From NCBI GenBank assembly GCA_041615815.1, contig JBFJCP010000015.1, positions 32,001 through 96,000 on the forward strand: 64,000 nt of DNA, given 5' to 3'. Origin of the DNA: Gemmatimonadales bacterium. Its GTDB lineage: Bacteria; Gemmatimonadota; Gemmatimonadetes; Gemmatimonadales; GWC2-71-9. The notes under the pieces were generated by a model that was not told where the DNA came from, searched no databases, and saw nothing but the letters and a program-made list of their open reading frames with translations. Shown piece by piece: positions 8,736 through 19,662 of the stretch (the first letter of the stretch is position 1; the number at the start of each line of letters is the position of its first letter). The position numbers were made by a program, and so were the translations under genes.

Positions 8736-8893
8736 GTGAGTGCGCTCGGAACCGTAAGACCTCCTGACATCCCCTCTTGACGTGTCCCGAGTGCCCGGTG
8801 CCTTTTTTGTTTGGTATGTGTCGCAGTCGGCCCTGGCTGTTGGCCGACGGCACGGCCCCTCCACCGAGAGCCAGCCGGCTCTAAGGGGGTTTC

Positions 8894-11500
<2,607 letters not shown>

Positions 11501-11530
11501 ATCGGGCATCCGCCAGATCGAAGATCGGAA

Positions 11531-11561
11531 GAGGCTCGGCAGGCAGCGCCTGCCGGGCCTC
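11531..11561 (+). terminator. Strong hairpin downstream of the TonB receptor
   Basis: GAGGCTCGGCAGGC-AGC-GCCTGCCGGGCCTC, 14-bp stem with one G-U pair and no U tract. Confidence 0.5.
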
Positions 11562-11719
11562 GCTATATCGACGGCGAAAATAGTCGGCCACGGCATGAAG
11601 CGAGCCGTGGGGCCGCTCACCTGCCGACACCCACCGCCGCGTGTCTCGCGCCCGCCGACCCCGCCGACTACCTTATCGCGACCCCGACCTGTAGTCACTT
11701 GCCGGAGGACCGCACGTCC

Positions 11720-14700
11720 ATGAATACGTTCCCGGGCTCTGCCCTCACCACGCTCTCGTTCGCACTGACCTGCCTCGTGGCACCCACACTGCTGGCGCAA
11801 CAGGTCACTCCGGAGACCGTTCATGGCCTCCAGTTCCGTAATATCGGTCCAGCCACTATGAGTGGTCGGGTGGTGGATCTCGCCGTCATCGATGCCAACC
11901 CGTCCACCTTCTATATCGCAGCAGCCACTGCCGGCGTGTGGAAGACGGTGAACAATGGCATCACCTTCGAGCCGGTGTTCGCGCACGAAGGCAGCCATTC
12001 CATTGGCGACATTGCCGTGAGTCAGACGGATACCAACATCGTGTGGGTGGGAACCGGAGAGCGAGCCAACCGTCAATCCAGTGGATGGGGAGACGGAGTC
12101 TACAAGTCCACCGATGGCGGGAAGACATGGCAACACATGGGACTTCGCGACAGTCACCACATTGGACGAATCGCGATTCACCCCCGAGACCCCAACGTCG
12201 TGCTCGTCGCCGCCATGGGACACCTCTGGGGCTCCAACGACGAACGCGGACTCTACCGCACCACCGACGGTGGTGCCACGTGGGAACGGGTCATCCGTGT
12301 CGATACGCTCACGGGAGTCGTGGATGTGGCCATCGACCCCGAGGAACCGAACGTCATGTACGCGGCGTCGTACCAGCGGATGCGGAGACCGTACGGCTTC
12401 GATGGCGGCGGCCCTGGAAGCGCGCTCTGGAAATCCACAAACGGCGGCAGCACGTGGCATACGCTCACGGCGGGACTCCCGAGCGGTGAGAAAGGCCGCA
12501 TGGGCATCTCGATCTATCGCAAGGATCCGCGGATCGTGTACGCCTCCGTGGAGCAGGGATATCGCTACAACGCATCCACGCAGTACACCGAGCGGGCGGC
12601 CGGCGTCTATCGCTCGGAGGACAAGGGCGAGACCTGGCAACACATGAGTGATTGGAACCCTCGGCCCATGTATGCCAGCCAACCGCTCGTAGACCCCAAT
12701 GACGACCAGCGGATCTACATGCAGAACTCGTTTTCATATTCGGACGACGGGGGGAAGACGTTTACACGAGCCCGTCAATCGCTCCATGGTGACGATCGGA
12801 TCCTGTGGGTGAACCCCCACGATTCGCGTCACGTGATCAAGGGAGACGACGGCGGCCTCGGTATCTCCTACGACCGCGCCAAGACCTGGTTGTACCAAAC
12901 GGCGCTACCCATCAGCCAGTTCTATCGGGTCTCGGTGGACAATCGACAGCCGTATTGGGTCTATGGCGGACTCCAGGACAACGGTACGTGGATGGGCCCG
13001 TCGGCCACATATTTGAACGCCGGGATTCGCTTCGAGGACTGGTTTCGATTGGGTGGCGGCGACGGCTTTCAAGCAAGACCAGACACCGTGGACAACCGGA
13101 CCGTCTACGTCGAATCACAGTACCTGGGGCTCGCCCGCGTGGATCTCGAGACCCGCGAGCGCAAAGACATTCGGCCGGGTGACCCTCGCGGCGCGATAGC
13201 GGCACGCCGCAATTGGGATGCGTGGGGACCGGGCACCCCGGAGCCTGAGCTTGGCAATGCGATGGCGCCGGCCAACTGGGACGGGCCATACATCATCTCT
13301 CCGCACGACCACCGCACCCTGTACGCGGGGACCAATCAGCTCTGGAAGAGCACCGATCGTGGCGACACCTGGGTCTCGCTCGGTGATCTCACGACCAAAG
13401 TGAATCGACGTGAGCTTCGGATCATGGGCCGGCGTGCCCGGGATTCGACGCCCTCGCTCGACGATGGCATTCCTTATTATCCCACCCTGACGGCCATTGC
13501 AGAGTCACCCCTCGTCCGGGGTGTCCTGTACGTCGGCACCGACGACGGCAACCTCCAGGTGTCACGCGACGACGGAAAAACCTGGCAAAACGTAATCGAT
13601 CGCGTGCCGGGAGCCCCTCGATCCCCCTGGATCAACGGACTCGAGCCCTCACGCCACGCGGCGGGCACGGTGTACCTGACGATCGACAATCATCGAAACG
13701 ACGACTACGGAAACCATGTGTATCGATCCACGGACTACGGCCAATCGTGGATCTCCATCGCCGGCGATTTGCCACCTCGGCGGGCAACGCGAACGCTTAG
13801 GGAAGATCTCCGGAATCCCACCGTGCTCTATTTGGGGACGGAGCTCGGACTTTTTTATACGAACGACGGCGGGCGACACTGGGTGGAGCTCAGGGGTAAC
13901 ATGCCGACGGCCGCGTTCAACGATCTGGTGATCCACCCACGGGAGAACGATCTCGTTCTTGGCACGCACGGACGCGGGATCTGGATCCTGGACAAGATCA
14001 ATGCCCTCCAAGAGCTGACGCCCCAGGTCCTGTCCTCGCCGGCACACCTATTTACGCTCGAGCCCGCCCACCAAATCCGCTACTCTCGCGAAACCGGACA
14101 CACGGGCGACATGATCTTCCGTGGCCCAAACCCACCGTCCGGCGCCATTATCGACTACCACCTGCTTTCGGCCGAGCCCAAGAACCGCGTATCCATCACG
14201 ATTGTCGGGGCCAACGGACGCGAAGTGAACCGCATCGACCCCGACACCACCGCTGGGCTCAACCGGGTCATTTGGAACCTCCGGTATGCCGATATTGTGG
14301 TGCCCGATGAGGATGACGAGGAGGAGTCGGGTTTCGGACCACCCCGCCGCATCCGCGGTCCGTGGGTTCTCCCCGGCACCTATTCAGTGCAGCTGACCGT
14401 GGGAGACATGGTGCAAGAGCAACGGCTGGCTGTCCGACAAGACCCCAGACACGACGTGCGGCAAAGCGATTTGGTGGCCTGGCACGACACGATGACGGTG
14501 CTGGCCGGGCTCATCGGCCCGTTCTCACCGATGGTGGACAGCGTTCGGCAGGTACAGGCGACCATCGATAGCCTCCCGGAGGACCAGAGGCGGCGTCACC
14601 AGCAAGCGAAACAGCTCGCGGATTCGATCGCTCCGATGCTCATCGAGCTTCGAAGCCGTCTCTTCCGCTTGTACGGCGAGATCGATGGCTGGACGGGGCG

Positions 14701-14797
14701 CCCCACCGCCGATCAGTACGCGCAGCTCGCGTACTATCGGGGCTGGATCGATCGCCTCACACCGCAGGCGCGGCGACTCCTGCGAATGCCGCTCTAA
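11720..14797 (+). CDS. Secreted VPS10/sortilin-like beta-propeller (BNR-repeat putative glycosyl hydrolase)
   Basis: Signal peptide, RNIGPATMSGR, many S/T-x-D-G-G-x-T-W Asp boxes, C-terminal helical region; GGAGGA RBS. Confidence 0.9.
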   Translation: MNTFPGSALTTLSFALTCLVAPTLLAQQVTPETVHGLQFRNIGPATMSGRVVDLAVIDANPSTFYIAAATAGVWKTVNNGITFEPVFAHEGSHSIGDIAVSQTDTNIVWVGTGERANRQSSGWGDGVYKSTDGGKTWQHMGLRDSHHIGRIAIHPRDPNVVLVAAMGHLWGSNDERGLYRTTDGGATWERVIRVDTLTGVVDVAIDPEEPNVMYAASYQRMRRPYGFDGGGPGSALWKSTNGGSTWHTLTAGLPSGEKGRMGISIYRKDPRIVYASVEQGYRYNASTQYTERAAGVYRSEDKGETWQHMSDWNPRPMYASQPLVDPNDDQRIYMQNSFSYSDDGGKTFTRARQSLHGDDRILWVNPHDSRHVIKGDDGGLGISYDRAKTWLYQTALPISQFYRVSVDNRQPYWVYGGLQDNGTWMGPSATYLNAGIRFEDWFRLGGGDGFQARPDTVDNRTVYVESQYLGLARVDLETRERKDIRPGDPRGAIAARRNWDAWGPGTPEPELGNAMAPANWDGPYIISPHDHRTLYAGTNQLWKSTDRGDTWVSLGDLTTKVNRRELRIMGRRARDSTPSLDDGIPYYPTLTAIAESPLVRGVLYVGTDDGNLQVSRDDGKTWQNVIDRVPGAPRSPWINGLEPSRHAAGTVYLTIDNHRNDDYGNHVYRSTDYGQSWISIAGDLPPRRATRTLREDLRNPTVLYLGTELGLFYTNDGGRHWVELRGNMPTAAFNDLVIHPRENDLVLGTHGRGIWILDKINALQELTPQVLSSPAHLFTLEPAHQIRYSRETGHTGDMIFRGPNPPSGAIIDYHLLSAEPKNRVSITIVGANGREVNRIDPDTTAGLNRVIWNLRYADIVVPDEDDEEESGFGPPRRIRGPWVLPGTYSVQLTVGDMVQEQRLAVRQDPRHDVRQSDLVAWHDTMTVLAGLIGPFSPMVDSVRQVQATIDSLPEDQRRRHQQAKQLADSIAPMLIELRSRLFRLYGEIDGWTGRPTADQYAQLAYYRGWIDRLTPQARRLLRMPL

Positions 14798-15363
14798 GCA
14801 CTCACCCCGGGAGCGAGCCCGAGGCTAGTCAGAATCTCCTCCGCACGTGCCCGGAGTCCCGCGGCAGCGTGCACGGCGTCCAACAGCTTCCCATCGGCGG
14901 CGGCTTTGGACGCCTCCCGCAAGCCTTCCGCGATTTCCTGGGCGGCCGTCTTCGCACTGGCGAGTTGCTCCCCGGTGATGGTCCCGCTCCCGGGACCTCG
15001 CGCCACCCGCTCTTCGATGGCCTTCACCATGGTGGATACGCTGTCGCGAACCGCGGCCCAACTCGTTTCCAGCTCTTTTCGGTTGGCGGTCGCCGCCCTA
15101 CCCACCTGGGCAGCCAGCTCCACGGCACGTTCCGCACTCCGGACCGCTCCACGATAGTTCTCTTGTGCAAGATGCTCGCGCGCCGCGCTGTACTCGTCCA
15201 TCACCACCTTGAACTCATCTGGGGCGTAGCGAATCGCATACGCGTGCACATCGGTGATCGCCCGCTCGGCCTGAGCGATCGCTGCACGGGCCGCGTCGGA
15301 CGAAGATCCCCCACACGCGATGAGTAGTCCGGCCGCCACCGCGGCCATCCAGCCTGTCTTCAT
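14794..15363 (-). CDS. Helical alanine-rich lipoprotein, unknown function
   Basis: MKTGWMAAVAAGLLIA-C lipobox followed by amphipathic helices. Confidence 0.75.
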   Translation of the reverse strand: MKTGWMAAVAAGLLIACGGSSSDAARAAIAQAERAITDVHAYAIRYAPDEFKVVMDEYSAAREHLAQENYRGAVRSAERAVELAAQVGRAATANRKELETSWAAVRDSVSTMVKAIEERVARGPGSGTITGEQLASAKTAAQEIAEGLREASKAAADGKLLDAVHAAAGLRARAEEILTSLGLAPGVSA

Positions 15364-15532
15364 GATTGTCACCTTGTCCAATGGCGACCGCATGGTACTA
15401 CGGCACTCACACGGAGCGCTAGGGCAGTTCCAGTTCCAGGGGGTCGCAACCACCAGCACTGCATCGAGGGTTGCCGAAACTCGGACGTTCCCCCCACCGT
15501 AGACATTGATAGACCTTGCCCGCGAGGAAGCG

Positions 15533-17929
15533 ATGGACACCCTCCGCCAGGATCTCCGGTTCGCCGTTCGTTCCCTGCGATCCCGCCCTGGCCTCACGCT
15601 GCTGGCCGTGATTTGCCTGGGCATCGGGATCGGCGCCAACACGGCCATCTTCTCGCCCGTCGACGTCTTCATGCTCCGGTCTCTGCCCTATGAAGACGCA
15701 CATCGGCTCGTCGTCACGTGGAACACCAACGAGGAACGGGGCTGGACCGAGGTCAGTCTCTCGGCGCCGGACTTTCTCGACTACCGGGCCCAAAGCCAGA
15801 CCGTGGACCTAGCAGCGTACACGGGACGGAGCTTCAACCTCTCGGGTGATGGCGCTCCGGAGCGCCTGGTGGGCGATGCCGTCTCGCACAATTTCCTTCG
15901 CGTGCTGTCCACCAGACCGTTCCTCGGACGAGGGTTCACCCCCGAGGACGAACGGCCGGACGCTGCTCCCGTGGCGGTATTGAGCAATCGGCTGTGGCAG
16001 CGCCGCTTCGGGGGTGAGGAGACGGTGATCGGCACGCCACTGCGATTAGACGGCAAGATGTTCACCATCGTGGGCGTGCTGCCCGCGGGCTTCGATTTTC
16101 CCAGCACCCAGACGGACCTCTTCACTCCGCTCACGTTCGACGGCGCGGAGGTGCGGAACAGCCACTACCTCGAGGCCATCGGTCGTCTCGCGCCGGGCAC
16201 GACGCTCGACGAGGCGCGGGCGGAGCTGTCCGCGCTCGCGAGTCGACTCGCTATTGCCTATCCCGAAACCAACACGGGGAACGGCATCCGGGTCTTGTCG
16301 CTGCGAGACCAGCTGTTCGGCCCCGAGTTCCGGGAGGCGACGACTATCGCTACCATCGCGGTGGCGCTCTTGCTGCTCATCGCAGCCGCCAACGTGGCCA
16401 ATCTCCTCCTGGCACAGACCGCCGTTCGGGAACGGGAGATCGCGGTTCGCGCCGCGCTTGGAGCAGGCCGGGGACGCATCGTGCGCCAGCTCTTGACGGA
16501 GAGCATGATCCTCGGACTCCTAGGTGGTACGCTGGGTCTCGCACTCGCCTACCCTGGCGTCAAAGGCCTCGTCGCAATCATGCCAGATTGGTTCCCTCGC
16601 GTGGAGGAGATCGGTATCGATGCCCGCGTGGTCGCCTACGGATTTGGGATCACCTTATTGACCAGCCTGCTCGCCGGTCTCGCACCCGCACTGCAGACTG
16701 CGCGCCAGGACCTCCGATCGTCGCTTCACGAGAGCGGCCGCAGCGCCGCCTTCGGCCGGCGGGGGACCCGCCTACGGAACGTCTTCGTTACCGGGCAATT
16801 GGCCCTGGCGGTGACGCTGTTAGTGACATCGGGTCTCCTGATCAAGGGGTTCCGGCAGCTGAGCCAGGTGGACCTCGGCTATGACCCGACGGGGGTCTTG
16901 ACGTTCCGCACCACGATGCCGGAGACGAAATATCCCGAAGGCCCCGATCAGTGGCGCTTCACCCGGCTGTTGGTCGAGCGTCTGGCCGCCGTTCCCGGTG
17001 CTCAAGTAGTTGCAGCGACGAGTCGGCTGCCCATGACGGGAACCTCGGGAACGTATTACCAAGTGGAAGGCGAGGACGTGCCGGAAGGCCAACGCCCAGT
17101 GGTTGGGTTTCGCTCCGTGACTCCCGAGTACTTCGATGCGTTGGGTATCGGTATCCTGCGAGGACGAAATCTCCGATACGCCGACGACGATCAGGCGCCG
17201 TTGGTCATCCTGGTCAACGAGGCCCTGGTGCGCCGTCATTGGCCCGAGGCCGATGCCCTTGGCAAACGCCTCGAATTCTATAGTGGAACGCGGGAGATCG
17301 TCGGTGTGGTGCCGGATATTCGCGAGTCCGGCCTCGAGCAAGATGCTCCGGGACCCATGGTCTATTTCCCAGGCGCCCAGTCGCCGTTTCGATTCGCGGG
17401 GTTCCTCGTGCGCGCCACCGGTGAGCCGCTCGCCCTGGTGAGCGAGGTACGGAGCGCTGTGACCGGCACGGACCCAGACCAACCCATTTACGACATCCAG
17501 ACGTTGGAGCGCCGCATGCGCGAAGACATCCGCGCGAACGGAGTGCTGTCCCAGGTCATGCTGGTGCTGGGTGCGATCGCCCTCTTGCTGGCGGTGATCG
17601 GTGTATACGGCGTCATGTCCTACGCCGTGAGTCAGCGCAGACAGGAAATCGGGGTGCGGATGGCACTCGGCGCCCGCGCCCGCGATGTCGTGGGAATGGT
17701 CGTGCGTCAAGGAGGCCGAACGGCAATCATCGGGGCCGCGATCGGGCTCCTGCTTGCCGTGGGCGTGAGTCGAGCGATGAGCATTTTCCTGTTTGGCGTG
17801 CGCCCGCTGGATCCGGTGACGTTTGGCGGCGCAGCGCTCATTCTGGCCGTGGCCACGGTCCTGGCAAGCTATCTCCCGGCGCGGCGGGCGGCGCGGGTGG
17901 ATCCGCTCATTGCGTTGCGGGCGGACTGA
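15533..17929 (+). CDS. Duplicated MacB/FtsX-type ABC permease (ADOP-like)
   Basis: MDTLRQDLRFAVRSL, GIGANTAIFS, ANVANLLL, REIAVRAALGA, EIGVRMALGA, PARRAARVDP. Confidence 0.95.
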   Translation: MDTLRQDLRFAVRSLRSRPGLTLLAVICLGIGIGANTAIFSPVDVFMLRSLPYEDAHRLVVTWNTNEERGWTEVSLSAPDFLDYRAQSQTVDLAAYTGRSFNLSGDGAPERLVGDAVSHNFLRVLSTRPFLGRGFTPEDERPDAAPVAVLSNRLWQRRFGGEETVIGTPLRLDGKMFTIVGVLPAGFDFPSTQTDLFTPLTFDGAEVRNSHYLEAIGRLAPGTTLDEARAELSALASRLAIAYPETNTGNGIRVLSLRDQLFGPEFREATTIATIAVALLLLIAAANVANLLLAQTAVREREIAVRAALGAGRGRIVRQLLTESMILGLLGGTLGLALAYPGVKGLVAIMPDWFPRVEEIGIDARVVAYGFGITLLTSLLAGLAPALQTARQDLRSSLHESGRSAAFGRRGTRLRNVFVTGQLALAVTLLVTSGLLIKGFRQLSQVDLGYDPTGVLTFRTTMPETKYPEGPDQWRFTRLLVERLAAVPGAQVVAATSRLPMTGTSGTYYQVEGEDVPEGQRPVVGFRSVTPEYFDALGIGILRGRNLRYADDDQAPLVILVNEALVRRHWPEADALGKRLEFYSGTREIVGVVPDIRESGLEQDAPGPMVYFPGAQSPFRFAGFLVRATGEPLALVSEVRSAVTGTDPDQPIYDIQTLERRMREDIRANGVLSQVMLVLGAIALLLAVIGVYGVMSYAVSQRRQEIGVRMALGARARDVVGMVVRQGGRTAIIGAAIGLLLAVGVSRAMSIFLFGVRPLDPVTFGGAALILAVATVLASYLPARRAARVDPLIALRAD

Positions 17930-17938
17930 CCGCGATTC

Positions 17939-18424
17939 CTACCGCTTCATTCGCCAGGAGCCGTTCCACGAGATGACCAGTCGCCCGTCAGGATACTGGG
18001 ATTGCACCGCGGTCGTGCCACCGCCTTCGATACCCGCGTACTTCCCACGACCGCCCATGAACCCCCAAGTGTTCTCCGTCGGGCTGTTCTTCCACCAGAT
18101 CCACCACATATCGCCGTCCCGATCGGTCCCTTCACAGTAGCCGTAGCCGGAGATCACTTGGCCCTCGGCGGACACGATGCTGGAACCGGGGCAGTCCTGC
18201 GCGCTCAGGTGGAACGGCACGCTGGGATCACTCGCGAGCACCACCCCCCTGAGATACGAGCGCTGCAGCATCGTTCCATCCGAGAGCTCGACCATTTCCA
18301 TGGCATCGGGGACGTAGGTCACCGTTCCCGAGCCCCGCATCGCTTGTCCATGCAGCTCAGAGGACGATAGGCCGATCAAGGTGAAGACCAGGAATGAAAT
18401 ACCGATGAGGGTGCCGAAACGCAT
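17939..18424 (-). CDS. Secreted small beta-rich protein (dirigent/AOC-barrel-like), unknown function
   Basis: Signal peptide; GGRGKYAGIEGGG motif; two Cys; AGGAG RBS. Confidence 0.7.
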   Translation of the reverse strand: MRFGTLIGISFLVFTLIGLSSSELHGQAMRGSGTVTYVPDAMEMVELSDGTMLQRSYLRGVVLASDPSVPFHLSAQDCPGSSIVSAEGQVISGYGYCEGTDRDGDMWWIWWKNSPTENTWGFMGGRGKYAGIEGGGTTAVQSQYPDGRLVISWNGSWRMKR

Positions 18425-18535
18425 CACCAGCTCCTTGTGGGCAAGGGCGAACCCGACGCTCGCGGCCGGCTAATATGGTGGCGAGACCGACAACGGCAAG
18501 GTCAGCGGACCAAGAGGCCGGGCTCGCCGTCCTGT

Positions 18536-19480
18536 CTATTGGATTCCTTTGGAGGTCGCCGATGGTGCGAGCTCCATCTGCGCTTCTGGTTCTTCCGCGT
18601 TCTCCGGCCCCTCTGCCGCCCTCGCTGCCCCCGCCGCCTTTCGATAGAACCGCTCACACTCATTCTCCCGCCCACGCACGATGCGCTTTCCTTCGAGCGG
18701 GCCCCAGCGGGACGTGATCACAGTGTTCGTGTGCTCTCCGTGACCGCCGTCGTGATAGAGCACCACCCAATCATGAGTCCGGCCGAGCCGGTGGGCGCGG
18801 GCCGTATTCGAGAACAGGGCCGTGTATTCGCGGTTCCCGCGCTGGGTGTGCAAGATCGGCAACCATGCTTCCCGTGCGGGATTGAATCGATGCGGGGCAA
18901 TGCGTCGAAGCCCACCCGCCTCGGCCTGGGCGCGGTACTCGGCATCCACATCCAGCAGTTCGGAAACGGGGGGACGGTCCTCGACGGGCCGTGGTGCTGC
19001 GTCTCGGACTCGCCCGAGGCGAGTGGCGAGGCTATCGCGGATGCCGGTCAGACGCTTGTCACCGATCCCGCCGATGTCTCTAAGCCGCCCGTCATGCGCG
19101 GCCATTTCCAGTTCCTCGAGGGAATCGATACCCAGATCCTCGTGCAGGCGATGCGCGAATCGCTCGCCGATGCCGGGAACGGTCATGAGCAGCGCAATGG
19201 GATCGTGCTCGCCCCGCAGCCGGTCGAGCATCGGGATGCGACCCAGCACGATGAGGTCGCGAATGGCGCCGGCAATGCTGCGCCCAATGCCCGGGAGTGC
19301 CTCGAGCCCAGCCACACCCTCTTCGCGATAGATCCCGACGACCGATCGGTGTTCGTGCCGCAGCGTATTGGCGGCGCGATGATACGCCTGGACACGAAAC
19401 GGATTCGCCCCCTGCTCCTCGAGCAGGAGCGCGACCTCGTCCAGCCGACTCGCGATGGTCGCATTCTGGATCTTCGGCAT
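18536..19480 (-). CDS. Helix-hairpin-helix DNA-binding protein resembling the PolX N-terminus
   Basis: NATIASRLDEVALLLEEQGANPFRVQAY, LPGIG and VPGIG HhH motifs, LGIDSLEELE; no polymerase or PHP domain follows. Confidence 0.85.
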   Translation of the reverse strand: MPKIQNATIASRLDEVALLLEEQGANPFRVQAYHRAANTLRHEHRSVVGIYREEGVAGLEALPGIGRSIAGAIRDLIVLGRIPMLDRLRGEHDPIALLMTVPGIGERFAHRLHEDLGIDSLEELEMAAHDGRLRDIGGIGDKRLTGIRDSLATRLGRVRDAAPRPVEDRPPVSELLDVDAEYRAQAEAGGLRRIAPHRFNPAREAWLPILHTQRGNREYTALFSNTARAHRLGRTHDWVVLYHDGGHGEHTNTVITSRWGPLEGKRIVRGRENECERFYRKAAGAARAAEGPENAEEPEAQMELAPSATSKGIQ

Positions 19481-19662
19481 GACACAGCTCCGGCAATGCC
19501 CGAAGCAAACGTCGGTGCTGCAGCGTGAATGAATGGTTAAGGGGATTGCAATGAGTCTTGGTGACGAGGGAAGAAGTGGAAGCGGAGGTACATCGGTTCG
19601 TGAAGGCGAAGGAGCCGAACTGGATCCCTGGCCTCCCCCCGCTTCTTCCACCCTTGCGACCC

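Noticed and set aside
8736..8893. Possible cobalamin/TPP riboswitch or terminator before the TonB receptor
   Set aside because: A T6 tract and two hairpins are present, but there is no B12-box or TPP consensus and no strong stem directly before the T tract
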